Assembly (NCBI GenBank): GCA_963776345.1
Contig: CAVZMH010000015.1
Coordinates: forward strand, 480,001-544,000
Direction of reading: 5' to 3'
Source: an uncultured delta proteobacterium
GTDB lineage: Bacteria > Myxococcota > Myxococcia > Myxococcales > Myxococcaceae
Length of the DNA stretch: 64,000 nt
Of this stretch, positions 1 through 12,513 are shown in pieces (positions within the stretch are counted from its first letter, which is position 1; each line of letters starts with the position of its first letter). A model generated the notes under the pieces. It did not search any database and was not told the DNA's origin. It saw nothing but the letters and a program-made list of their open reading frames with translations. The translations under genes were made by a program, and so were the position numbers.

Positions 1-541
1 TGGTCAGCGAGCTGGCCATGGAGAGCAGGGCATGCTCGGCGGCGGGGTCCATGTTGCTCGTCGGCTCGTCGAGCACCAGGAGCTCGGGCTCGCCGGTGAG
101 CGCCCGGGCCACCAGCACCCGCTGCTGCTGGCCGCCGGACAGCGAGCGAAACGGCTGCCGCGAGAGTGACTCGAGCCCCACCGCCTCGAGCTCGCGCCGG
201 GCGATCTCGACGTCCTTCTTTCCGGGCCGACCAAGCAGACCGAGCTGCGAGGCCCGCGCCATCAACACCACCTCCAGCACCGAGAGTGGGTAGGCAAAAT
301 CGAACCGCGCATTCTGTGGCACATACCCAAGGCGGGGCGCACGGCCCATCGGGTAGCGCACCTTCCCCTCGAGCGGAGGCAAGAGCCCGAGCAGCGTCTT
401 GAGGAACGTGCTCTTCCCCGCCCCGTTGGGCCCGAGAATGCCGACCAGATCTCCGCTGGCCACCGCGAAGGAGACCGGTGGCAGGAGCGGCCGCCCCCGA
501 TGGTAACCGATCGCGACGTCGTCGAAGGCCAACAGGTTCAT
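1..541 (-). CDS. Metal (Zn/Mn-type) ABC transporter ATP-binding protein, truncated by the window edge
   Basis: Manual translation from ATG at 541: MNLLAFDDVAIGY...GILGPNGAGKST (Walker A)...LGYVPQ (Q-loop)...[15 protein letters not shown]...LLVLDEPT (Walker B). ZnuC-like. Absent from the ORF track because it runs off the window. Confidence 0.88.
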   Translation of the reverse strand, partial: MNLLAFDDVAIGYHRGRPLLPPVSFAVASGDLVGILGPNGAGKSTFLKTLLGLLPPLEGKVRYPMGRAPRLGYVPQNARFDFAYPLSVLEVVLMARASQLGLLGRPGKKDVEIARRELEAVGLESLSRQPFRSLSGGQQQRVLVARALTGEPELLVLDEPTSNMDPAAEHALLSMASSLT

Positions 542-577
542 GGATGGCCGACGCTCAGGGGCCGGAGCGGACCTTAT

Positions 578-1747
578 TCAAGTGTTCCCGGCCAGGCGCG
601 TCCAGACGACGTCGTACGGGCAGCTGCAGTCCGTCTCCTCGGGCTCCGGGTAGACGTACGGCTCGCCGCGGTAGTTCCGGAAGACGGTCTCGTGCCCGCG
701 GCGCTCCACGACGTACTCGGGCTGGAGCGTCACCTTCCCTCCCCCGCCCGGGAGGTCGACGGCGAGGTGCGGCACGGCGAGCCCGGTGGTGTGGCCGCGG
801 AGCTGCTCGAGGATCGCGACCCCGGCCGAGAGCGGCGTCCGGAAGTGCTCGAGCCCCTCGGCCACGTCCATCTGGTGCAGGTAGTACGGCCGCACCCGCG
901 CTCGGAGCAGCGCGTGGTTCAGCTCCTTGAGGATGCGCGCGTCCGAGTTCACCCGGCGCATGAGCACCGACTGGTTCTCCACCGGGACGCCGTGATCGAC
1001 CAGCCGCTCACAGGCGGCGCGCGCCTCGGCGGTCAGCTCCTTCGGGTGGTTGAAGTGCGTGACGACGAAGAGGGGCGCGTGGCGCCGGAGCAGCCGCGCC
1101 AGCTCCTCGGTCACCCGCATCGGGAGCGTCACCGGGACCCGGGTGCCGATCCGGAGCATCTCCACGTGCGGAATCGCCCGGAGCTCCCCGAGCAGCGCGT
1201 CCAGGCGCTCGTCGACCAGAAGGAGCGGATCACCGCCCGAGACGAGCACGTCCCGCACCTCGGGGTGGGCGCGCACGTACGCGATGCCCTCGGCCCAGGC
1301 GTCGCGGCCGAGCACCGCCTCCCCGCCGTTGGTGATCCGGCGCCGGGTGCAGTGCCGGCAGTACGTCGAGCAGCTGTCGAGCGCGAGGAAGAGCACCCGG
1401 TCGGGGTACTTGTGGACGATGGCCGGCACGGGCCGGTGCGGGTCCTCGCCCAGGGGGTCGCGCAGCTCGCCCGGACGGATGCGTGCCTCGGCCCTCGTGG
1501 GGATCGCCTGCATCCGCACCGGGCAGAACGGATGCTCGCGGTCGACGAGCGCCAGGTAGTAGGGCGAGATGCCCAGCCGGAACAGTTCGCGCGTCTCCTC
1601 GCAGCCGCGCCGCTCGTCCTCGGTCAGCGGCACCAGGCGCGCGAGCTGCTCGAGCGAGCGGATGGAGTGGCGCATCTGCCACCGCCAGTCGCTCCACTGC
1701 GCCTCGCTCGCCTCGGGGAAGAGGCTGCGCCAGTCCGGGCTCCGCAT
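578..1747 (-). CDS. KamA-family radical SAM protein (lysine 2,3-aminomutase-like), clostridial-type
   Basis: WSDWRWQMRH, HKYPDRVL, CSTYCRHC (CxxxCxxC), VSGGDPL, NQSVL, PYYLHQMD, PLP-lysine motif DLPGGGGK, C-terminal DCSCP. Start placed at ATG 1747 (MRSPDW); the ORF track extends to 1789. Confidence 0.9.
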   Translation of the reverse strand: MRSPDWRSLFPEASEAQWSDWRWQMRHSIRSLEQLARLVPLTEDERRGCEETRELFRLGISPYYLALVDREHPFCPVRMQAIPTRAEARIRPGELRDPLGEDPHRPVPAIVHKYPDRVLFLALDSCSTYCRHCTRRRITNGGEAVLGRDAWAEGIAYVRAHPEVRDVLVSGGDPLLLVDERLDALLGELRAIPHVEMLRIGTRVPVTLPMRVTEELARLLRRHAPLFVVTHFNHPKELTAEARAACERLVDHGVPVENQSVLMRRVNSDARILKELNHALLRARVRPYYLHQMDVAEGLEHFRTPLSAGVAILEQLRGHTTGLAVPHLAVDLPGGGGKVTLQPEYVVERRGHETVFRNYRGEPYVYPEPEETDCSCPYDVVWTRLAGNT

Positions 1748-1761
1748 CGCGCTCTCGTCGC

Positions 1762-3174
1762 TCAGGCCCTGGCCTGCTGGCGCCACCACTCCTGGCCCGA
1801 CTCGGGCAACGTGTACACCGGGTCGTAGTACTCGTACCGGCGCTCCAGCGCGTGCGGGTCCGTCAGCTCGATGCCGGTGAGGTAGTTCTTGGTCCAGTAC
1901 GAGATGCCGTGCTCGCGATCGTACTCGGCCACCTGGTGCACCCAGCGCTTCCCGACGAACGGCACGTCACAGACGATGCGCGGGGTCGCGAACCCCGGCA
2001 GGTAGCCCATGATGTCGTGCTGGAGCTGCTGGGCCTCGGCCACCGACGTCCGCCAGTGCTCGGAGTTGGGGATCATGTCGCACATGTAAAAGTAGTACGG
2101 GAGGATGTGCGCGTGGTCCTGGAGCGTGAAGCACAGCTCCAGCAAGTCCTTGGCCGTCGCGTTCACCCCGCGGAGCAGCACGCCCTGGTTCCGGATGTCG
2201 CGGAAGCCGGCGTTCAGCACCGCGTCGGCCGCCTTCTGCACCAGCGGGGTGAGCTGCCGGGCGTGGTTGACGTGGGTGTGGAGCGCGAGCTGGACGCCCC
2301 GCTCGAACGCCTTCTTCGAGAGCCGGACGAACCCCTCGAGCACCTTCGGCTGCAGGAAGTGCTGCGGCAGGCCCATGAAGGCCTTCGAGGCCAGACGGAT
2401 GTCGCGGATGTTGGGGATGTCCAGCAGCTGCGAGACGAAGCCCTCCAGCGTCTGGATGGGCAGGTTGGCCACGTCGCCGCCCGAGACGACCACGTCGCGC
2501 ACCCCCGGCGTCCGGCGGAGGTACTCGAGAATCTTCTCGTACCGCTCGGGCTGGGGGAGCGCGAAGCGGTGCTTCTCCACCTGGGGCACGTCGTTGCCCA
2601 CCAGGTCCATGCGGGTGCAGTGCCCGCAGTACTGCGGACAGGTGGAGAGCATCTCCGCCAGCACCTTGGTCGGGTAGCGGTGGGTGAGCCCCTCCACGAC
2701 CCACATGTCCGCCTCGTGGAGGCTGTCGCGGCTGGCGCGCGGATGGTTGGGCCAGTCGGTGCGCCGGTCGTCGAAGGCCGGGAGCATGTACCTGCGGACC
2801 GGGCAGTGCCACAGGTCCTCCAGGTCCATGGTGTTCAGCATCTGCGGCGGAAGCAGGATCGACATCGTCGCCCGCTCGCGCTGGTCCCGGTCGATGCTGG
2901 TCAGCAGCGTGTCGGGAATGAGCGCGCCGAGAGCATCCTTCAGCTCCCGAAGGTTCTTGATCGAGTGCCGGCGCTGCCAGAGCGCGCTCTCCCAGTCGGC
3001 CCTGGAGGCCGAGCGGTAGCCGGGGATGCGGGTCCAGTCCGGCTCCCGGAACTCGCGCTGCAGCGGGTAGACGAACGGCTGTGGCGCGGTCGCGGCCACG
3101 GGCGGGCGGCCGGCCCCGGGGGCGGCATCGCCGGCGCGCACGGGCGCGGGATGGTTCAGGGGCTTCACGTCCAT
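1762..3174 (-). CDS. KamA-family radical SAM protein (lysine 2,3-aminomutase-like), long divergent type
   Basis: THRYPTKVL, CPQYCGHC (CxxxCxxC), VSGGD, RNQGVLLRGVN, PYYFYMCD, CDVPFVGK (putative PLP lysine). Confidence 0.88.
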   Translation of the reverse strand: MDVKPLNHPAPVRAGDAAPGAGRPPVAATAPQPFVYPLQREFREPDWTRIPGYRSASRADWESALWQRRHSIKNLRELKDALGALIPDTLLTSIDRDQRERATMSILLPPQMLNTMDLEDLWHCPVRRYMLPAFDDRRTDWPNHPRASRDSLHEADMWVVEGLTHRYPTKVLAEMLSTCPQYCGHCTRMDLVGNDVPQVEKHRFALPQPERYEKILEYLRRTPGVRDVVVSGGDVANLPIQTLEGFVSQLLDIPNIRDIRLASKAFMGLPQHFLQPKVLEGFVRLSKKAFERGVQLALHTHVNHARQLTPLVQKAADAVLNAGFRDIRNQGVLLRGVNATAKDLLELCFTLQDHAHILPYYFYMCDMIPNSEHWRTSVAEAQQLQHDIMGYLPGFATPRIVCDVPFVGKRWVHQVAEYDREHGISYWTKNYLTGIELTDPHALERRYEYYDPVYTLPESGQEWWRQQARA

Positions 3175-3246
3175 GAGATGAGCGGTCCTACTACAGAACG
3201 TGGAGGCCGGGGCCCAGGGGAGCCGGCATCCTCGCCGTCCGACCGG

Positions 3247-3942
3247 TCAGTCCCTCAGCCCGCCCACCCGGAACATCAGCTCGAGGAAGAGGCCGTGGAT
3301 GCCGAGCCCGCGGAGGGGGAGCGCGAAGACCGAGCCATCCCGGAGGCGGGCCGGCACCGAGAGCTGGACCAGCTCCTCGTGCTCCTCCATGCCCTGGCCG
3401 CCGCAGCGCCGGCAGGGGAACGGGCCGATGGCCCTGGCCCCGTGGCAGGACCGGCAGGGATAGAAGACGGGCACGGCCAGCTCGAGCAGTCCGCCGCGGG
3501 CGGCGCGGTCCGGCGGGAGCACCACCTCCAGCCGGAGCGGCTCGGGCCGCTGCGACTTGGGCAGGTCGGGATGGGTGAAGCTCCGGCGGAACCGGCTGGC
3601 CACCTCGTCGATGCCGGGGCGCCGGACGGCGAAGTCACGGAAGAGCGAGATGGGCGCCGGCACGAGCGGCTCGGGCGGCGGCCAGGCGGCGGGGGTGAGC
3701 GGCGGACGCGGCTCGACGCTCCGCTCGCCTCCGTCCCGCAGGCCGGCGTCGTAGGACGCCCGGCGATCCGGATCGGAGAGGACGCGGTAGGCCTCGATGA
3801 GGTCCTGGAAGAACGGCATCCCCTGCGAACCGGCGCGGTCGGGGTGGTAACGGTGGACGAGCTCGCGGAACGCGCTGCGGATCCCGATCGACGACTCGAG
3901 CGGATCGACCCCCAGGACGACGTAGTAGTTCCTGGTCTCCAT
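3247..3942 (-). CDS. J-domain (DnaJ-like) protein with a shortened zinc finger and C-terminal DnaJ-like segment
   Basis: METRNYYVVLGV...YHPDR (HPD motif)...EAYRVLSDPDRRASYD; later CRSCHG and CRRCGGQG. Start at ATG 3942, preceded by GGAGGG. Confidence 0.85.
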   Translation of the reverse strand: METRNYYVVLGVDPLESSIGIRSAFRELVHRYHPDRAGSQGMPFFQDLIEAYRVLSDPDRRASYDAGLRDGGERSVEPRPPLTPAAWPPPEPLVPAPISLFRDFAVRRPGIDEVASRFRRSFTHPDLPKSQRPEPLRLEVVLPPDRAARGGLLELAVPVFYPCRSCHGARAIGPFPCRRCGGQGMEEHEELVQLSVPARLRDGSVFALPLRGLGIHGLFLELMFRVGGLRD

Positions 3943-4106
3943 CGACCCTCCGACGGGCCGAGCGACCGACCCTCGGCGCGCGGCGAGCGCCACTCCCAGC
4001 TGTGGCGATAACGCAGCCGGTGCTCGTGTCAAGCGACGCCCCGGACTGGCCACTGCGGACCGCTTGTTGCACGGCCAGAGGCCGCAACCGTCACAAGGAG
4101 CAGTCC

Positions 4107-4712
4107 ATGGGCAGCATCCTCGTCGTCTACGCGACCCGGGAGGGGCAGACCCGGAAGATCGCGGAGCGCATCGCCACCGTCCTGCGGGGCTCGGGGCACG
4201 TCGTCGAGCTGATCGACGCCGAACGGACGCCCCCGACGCTCAAGGTCGAGCGCTATCAGGCCGTCTTCATCGGCTCCCCCGTCCGCGCCAGTGGATACCT
4301 GCGCTCGGTGGTCCGGTTCGTCCGGGAGCACCGCTCGGCGCTGCAGCAGCTCCCGACGTGTTTCTTCTCGGTGGGGCTCGCGGTGCTGAGCAAGGTCAGC
4401 GACGGCCGCGCTCAGACGCTGGAGATCGTCGAGAAGTTCGTGGTCGAGACCGGCTGGCGTCCGCATCAGGTGGAGCTCGTCGCCGGCGCCCTCCCCTACT
4501 CGAAGTACAACTTCCTGGTTCGCTTCGTCATGCGGCGGATCGCCCGCAAGGAGGGCGGAGACACTGATACCTCGCGTGACTACGAGTACACGGACTGGCC
4601 CGGGGTGGACCGCTTCGCCACGGCGTTCGTCGCGTCGGCGCTGGGCAAGAGCGCACCGTCGGTACCGGCGATGCCCCTGGCCGTCCAGGGGCGCGAGGTT
4701 GCACGGGCATGA
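4107..4712 (+). CDS. hemG: Flavodoxin-like protein, menaquinone-dependent protoporphyrinogen oxidase (HemG) family
   Basis: ILVVYATREGQTRKIAERIA (FMN loop), FFSVGL, AGALPYSKYNFLVRFVMRRIA, DTSRDYEYTDW. AAGGAG RBS before ATG 4107. Confidence 0.8.
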   Translation: MGSILVVYATREGQTRKIAERIATVLRGSGHVVELIDAERTPPTLKVERYQAVFIGSPVRASGYLRSVVRFVREHRSALQQLPTCFFSVGLAVLSKVSDGRAQTLEIVEKFVVETGWRPHQVELVAGALPYSKYNFLVRFVMRRIARKEGGDTDTSRDYEYTDWPGVDRFATAFVASALGKSAPSVPAMPLAVQGREVARA

Positions 4713-5167
4713 GCGGGTCCCTGCCCGCCCGGACGAGGCACGCCCTCCAGAGCTTCCCGGACCTGGACGAGGCGCCGGGCCATGCCGAGGCGTGGCTCGT
4801 CGCCGTCCGGGGGCTCGACGCGGCCACCGCCCTCGACGAGAAGACGCTGCACCTGGCGACCACCGCCGTGCTCGTGGCGATGCGCCTGGCGGAGGAACTC
4901 CCTCTGCACGTCCAGCTCGCGCGTGAGGCGGGCGCCTCGCGCATCGAGGTCGCAAGCGCGGTGCTGCTGGGCCTGCCGGCCGGGGGGAACGCGGTTCTCG
5001 AGGCGTTGCCGGTCGCGCTCGAGGCGTACGATGCGGCCGGACCCACCCCGGCCGATGGAGCGCAAGCGGTGCGCCCCGCTCGAGGCAGTGCGCATCGATT
5101 GCGGAAAGCTCACTCGAAGCGGAGCGCGTCGATCGGATCCAGGCGCGCGGCCTTTCGCGCCGGATAG
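4709..5167 (+). CDS. Carboxymuconolactone decarboxylase/AhpD-like protein
   Basis: ALDEKTLHLA...LPLHVQLAREAGASRIEV pattern; ATGA overlap with the hemG-like gene. The 3' end overlaps the convergent permease, so the stop position is uncertain. Confidence 0.7.
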   Translation: MSGSLPARTRHALQSFPDLDEAPGHAEAWLVAVRGLDAATALDEKTLHLATTAVLVAMRLAEELPLHVQLAREAGASRIEVASAVLLGLPAGGNAVLEALPVALEAYDAAGPTPADGAQAVRPARGSAHRLRKAHSKRSASIGSRRAAFRAG

Positions 5168-6341
5168 AGCCCGAACACCACGCCCACCAGGGCGCTGAAT
5201 CCGAGCGAGACCAGGACGGTCGCCACCCGGATGATGGTGGGCCAGTGGAACTGGTGGGCCAGGAGCAGCGCCGCTCCGATGCCCACCGCGATCCCGATCA
5301 CTCCGCCGCCGGCCGAGAGAGCCAGCGCCTCGGCCACGAACTGGGCCAGGATGTCCCTCGGCTTGCCGCCCACCGCCATGCGGATGCCGATCTCCCGCGT
5401 CCGCTCGGTGACGCTGACCAGCATGATGTTCATGATCCCGATGCCGCCGACCAGCAGCGAGACGGCGGCGATGCTGGCCAGGAGCGTGGTGAGCACTGCG
5501 GTGCCCTGCGCCTGGGCGCTGGCGATCTCCGAGAGATTGCGAACCGAGAAGTCGTCGTCGATGCCCGGGCCGAGCCGGTGCCGGTCGCGAAGCAGACCCG
5601 CGATCTGCTGCTGCGCGCGGCCGGTGGCGTCCGCGGACACCGCGCCGACGAAGATGACTCCGGCGAGGAACTTGGTCAGCCCGCCCTGGACCTTCGACTG
5701 GAAGGTGGTGACCGGAAGAAGGCGGTGTCGTCGTAGTCCGCCCCATCGGAGACTGGCCCTTCTTCGCCAGCACGCCGATGACCTGGTACGGCACCATCTT
5801 GATCCGCACCGTCCGCCCCACCGGGTTAGCGCCGGCGCCGTAGAGCTTCTCCACCACCGTCTGACCGAGCAGCACCACCTTCGGCCCCGGCGCTCACGTC
5901 CTCGGCCGAGAACTTCTGGCCCGACGGACGACGGGCCAGCTGCGAATCTGGAAGTAATCGGGCGTGGTGCCGACCACGCAGGTGGTCCAGTTCTGGTCCT
6001 CGGCCTGGATGACGGCCGCGGTCCGGATCACCGGCGCCGCGGCGCGGCACCGCGCTGAGCTCGCTCTGGATCGAGCGCAGGTCGTCCCAGGTCAGCGTGG
6101 GCTGACTTCCGAACCCGCCCTGCATACCGCCGGTCGCCGAGGAGCCGGGGAGGACGATCAGGAGGTTGGTGCCCATCGCCTCGAAGGTCTGCTGGACGCG
6201 GAACTTCGCCCCCTCCCCGATGGCGGTCATGGCGATGACCGCCGCCACCCCGATCACCACGCCCAGGGTGGTCAGGAACGAGCGCATCTTGTTGCGCCCG
6301 AGCGCTCGCCCCGCCAGACGCACCAGGGTGGAGGCCCTCAT
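5110..6341 (-). pseudogene. MacB/FtsX-like ABC permease, frameshifted (about 5 indels; pseudogene or sequencing error)
   Basis: Pieces in several frames: [83 protein letters not shown]...PARKAARLDPIDALRFE. Confidence 0.8.
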
Positions 6342-7079
6342 GCGCTCGCCTCCGCCGCGGGCAGGGGGAACATGGCGGGATCGGCCCGCAGCGGCGTCTG
6401 GCGCCGGTCGGCGAGGATACGTCCGTCGCGCATCGAGACCATCCGCCCGGCACAGCGGCCGATGTCCGCCTCGTGGGTGACCAGGAGGATGGTGACCCCC
6501 GCGCGGCCCAGCTCCTGGAAGATCTGCATCACCTCCATGCTGGTGCGGGTGTCGAGCGCGCCGGTGGGCTCGTCCGCGACGATGAGCCGCGGGTCGTTGA
6601 CCACCGCCCGGGCGATGGCCACCCGCTGCTGCTGCCCGCCGGAGAGCTGGTTGGGCGCGCGGCTGGCCTGGTCGGCAAGGCCCACCCGGTCGAGGGCCCG
6701 GAGCGCGCGCTCCTGCCGCTCGCGCGTGCGGAGCCCCGCGTAGACCAGCGGCAGCTCCACGTTCTCCAGCGCGCTGGTGCGCGGCAGGAGGTTGAAGTGC
6801 TGGAACACGAAGCCGATCTGCCGGTTGCGGACCTCGGCCAGCGCTGGCCCGTGACAGTCCGCCCATCTCGGCCCCGGCGAGCCGGTAGGTGCCGGAGGTG
6901 GGCCGGTCGAGGCAGCCCACGATGTTCATCAGGGTCGACTTGCCGGAGCCGGACGGCCCCATCACCGCCACGAACTCGCCTTCGTCGATCCGGAGGTCCA
7001 CGTGCTGGAGCGCGGGGACCTCGACCTCGCCCATGCGGTAAATCTTTCTGACGTCCTCGAGCGAGATCAGCGGCGCCAC
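6338..7079 (-). pseudogene. MacB/LolD-like ABC ATP-binding protein, one frameshift near 6846
   Basis: N-half [23 protein letters not shown] (ORF 5826-7079). C-half [19 protein letters not shown]...[14 protein letters not shown]...ADEPTGALD (ORF 6338-6808) is in another frame. Confidence 0.85.
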
Positions 7080-7088
7080 GGCAGGCCT

Positions 7089-8362
7089 CTAGAACACCCG
7101 GCCATAGCTGCCCGGCCCGCTCTTCGACGGCGCCACGGCCTCGGTCACCGCGGCGTCACCGGGCTGCGAGCCCATTCTCGAGCACCTCGGAGAGCACGCC
7201 GTCCGACACACCGAGGCGGACGGCGACCGACCGCGGCTGCCCGTCCCGCAGCACCCACACCAGGCGCTGATCCGCCCGGAGCGCCGGCGCGGCGGGAGCG
7301 CTGCTCACCATCGCCGGCGGGGCCCGGAACCGCACCGCGGCGTTGGGCACGCGGACGAACGTCTGACCGGTCCGCGTAGACCACCGTCACGTTGGCGGTC
7401 ATCCCCGGCTTGAGCTTGAGCTCGGCGTTGTCCACGTCGATGACCGCGTCGTAGGTGACGACGTTCTGCACCGTCTGGGGCGCGTTGCGGACCTCCCGGA
7501 TGGTGCCGCGGAAGGTCTCCGCGGGATAGGCGTCCACGGTGAAGGTGGCGGCCATCTCGGCGGCGATGCGGCCCACGTCGGCCTCGGCCACGTTGGTGTC
7601 CACCTGCATCTTCCGGAGGTCCTGGGCGACGAGGAACAGCGTGGGCGACTGCAGCGTGGCGGCGACGGTCTGTCCGACGTCGACGTTCCGGGAGATCACC
7701 ACCCCGTCGATGGGGGCGACGATGGTGGTGTAAGCGAGGTTGATCTCCGCCTGGTGCAGGGTGGCCCGCGCATCTGCCTCCTGGGCGGCCGCGGCACGGG
7801 CCTGGGCCTCGGCGACGTGCAGCGCGGTCTCGCTGTCGTCGAGCGCCGACTGGGAGACGAGGGACTCCTTCCGGAGCGCCCGGTTGCGCTCGGCCTGGAC
7901 CTGGGCGTTCGTCCGCTGCGACTCGGCGAGCTGCCGGTTCGCCGCCGCGGTGAGGACCCTGGCGCGGGCCTGCTCCACCGCCGCCGCGTAGAGCGACGGG
8001 TCGATCCGGGCGACGACCTGCCCCTTCCGGACGACGGTGTTGAAGTCCGCGCCCAGCCACTGGATCCGGCCGGAGATCTGGCTTCCCACCTGGACGGTCA
8101 CCAGGGCCGAAACCGTTCCGGAGGCCGTCACCCGGGCCTGGATGGGTCCACGGGAGACGGCTGCGGTCTCGAACCGGAAGGCGCTGGCCTTCGCCTTGGC
8201 GGGCCGGAGCGCCTCGAAGAGCAAGGCCGCCGCGATGACCAGGACGACCAGGAGGATCGGGAGGAGCAGACGCCAGTGCCGTCGCACCCAGCCCGATTGC
8301 GGGCGGTCGACGGGAACGGGTCCCTCGCCCGCGGCGAGAGCTCCGCGGTGCACGGATTCCAT
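7089..8362 (-). pseudogene. MacA-like periplasmic adaptor (membrane fusion protein), two frameshifts near the 3' end
   Basis: N-terminal TM helix, TVQVGSQISGRI, TIVAPIDGVVISRNVDVGQTV, LKPGMTANV. Continues in shifted frames as VPNAAVRFR...GVSDG and QPGDAAVTEA...YGRVF-TAG (7089-7091). Confidence 0.8.
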
Positions 8363-8550
8363 GGCGTGGCCCGCTGCACCGGGCGTGCCCACAACCCCCA
8401 GTCGAATCCGCGGGATGCGGGCGCGACGAGCGCAGGAGCTGCGCGGCCGACCTCGGGGGCCGGGCGGGGGCGCAGCCGCTTCACCTCACACCGAGTGTGG
8501 CCGGGGATAGGCTCTCCCCGGCGGTCGGCTCGAACCGGCGGGACGGCGCG

Positions 8551-8871
8551 ATGATCGTCCGGATGTGGCACGGGATGACGAAGGCGGCCGACGCGCCCGA
8601 GTACCTCCGGTTCCTCGAGGGGCGCGCCATCCCGGACTACCGCTCGGTGCCGGGCAACCTCGGCGTGCAGATCCTCCATCGGCTCGAGGGCGACCGGGCC
8701 CACTTCCTGACCGTCACCTGGTGGGAGTCACGGGAGGCGATCGCCGGGTTCGCCGGAAGCGACATCGAGATCGCGAAGTACTACCCGGAGGACCGGAGGT
8801 TCCTGCTCGAGTTCGAGCGGACGGTCACCCACTGGGAGGTCTCAAACGGCGACGGCCGCCAGCCCCACTGA
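8551..8871 (+). CDS. Antibiotic biosynthesis monooxygenase (ABM, dimeric alpha-beta barrel) family protein
   Basis: MIVRMWHG...PGNLG...HFLTVTWWESREAIAGFAG...YYPEDRRFLLE, a typical ABM-like pattern. Confidence 0.75.
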   Translation: MIVRMWHGMTKAADAPEYLRFLEGRAIPDYRSVPGNLGVQILHRLEGDRAHFLTVTWWESREAIAGFAGSDIEIAKYYPEDRRFLLEFERTVTHWEVSNGDGRQPH

Positions 8872-8898
8872 AGGGACTGACGGCCGTCATTCAAAAAA

Positions 8899-9015
8899 CC
8901 CGGCGGCGACCTACTCTCCCGCGCGGTTTCCCGCGGAGTACCATCGGCTCTGGAGGGCTTAACTACCGTGTTCGGGATGGGAACGGGTGTGACCCCTCCG
9001 ATATAGCCACCGGAA
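8899..9015 (-). rRNA. rrf: 5S rRNA
   Basis: Reverse complement contains CACACCCGTTCCCATCCCGAACACGGTAGTTAAG...GATGGTACT...GAGAGTAGGTCGCCGCC. Ends are approximate. Confidence 0.95.
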
Positions 9016-9024
9016 AAATCGTCA

Positions 9025-9050
9025 CTGCATACGAAGGGTAGATTCAATTC
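9025..9050. repeat. Arm of the inverted repeat flanking 23S rRNA (processing stem; partner at about 12351-12377)
   Basis: ACTGCATACGAAGGGTAGATTCAATT is the near-perfect reverse complement of AATTGAATTCTACCCTTCGTATGCAGT. Confidence 0.8.
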
Positions 9051-9183
9051 CTGCCGAGAGATGTGCCGTCTCGATCCAGCGTCCGGAAGCTCGTGACGTC
9101 CGAGCCTGCCGGGACCTCGACCTTGACCTCGAATCCCGTACTCCCCACGGATCTACTTCCAGGGAGCATGCAAGAAACAAAGG

Positions 9184-12161
<2,978 letters not shown>

Positions 12162-12396
12162 TTTGTATCTCGAACGCCCCACCGATCAGGGCCGTGGCCC
12201 CCGGGGGATTGTTGAAACTCGAGATCAAGGTCCAGGTCCCCGGCTCTTCGCGCGCGGGACGCTGAATTTCGAGACGTCTGGCCCTGGAGCTCGCGCCCGG
12301 GGCGCCATCACGGCGGCCCGGGTCGATTCCAGAGCAGAACTCTCAGCAGAAATTGAATTCTACCCTTCGTATGCAGTTTTCAAAGAACGGTCGGTG

Positions 12397-12469
12397 TGGA
12401 GCTGATCGGGTTCGAACCGACGACATCCAGCTTGCAAAGCTGGCGCTCTCCCAGCTGAGCTACAGCCCC
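12397..12469 (-). tRNA. tRNA-Ala(TGC), CCA not encoded
   Basis: GGGGCTGTAGCTCAGCTGGGAGAGCGCCAGCTTTGCAAGCTGGATGTCGTCGGTTCGAACCCGATCAGCTCCA, followed by CAC. Confidence 0.95.
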
Positions 12470-12513
12470 GGGAAGAGAAGACAGCGACTCGGTCCACCTA
12501 CCCCGTACAGCCT

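Noticed and set aside
4005..4032. TTGACA in the dnaJ/hemG divergent gap
   Set aside because: No good -10 element at 17 nt and no clear FNR/CRP palindrome.
5826..7079. Apparent ATPase-permease (MacB-style) fusion
   Set aside because: Artefact of the indel near 6846. ATPase and permease are separate genes with an ATGA overlap at 6338-6341.
8878..8889. Perfect 12-bp palindrome TGACGGCCGTCA between the ABM gene and 5S rRNA
   Set aside because: Short and single-copy; cannot be told apart from chance or part of the rRNA terminator region.
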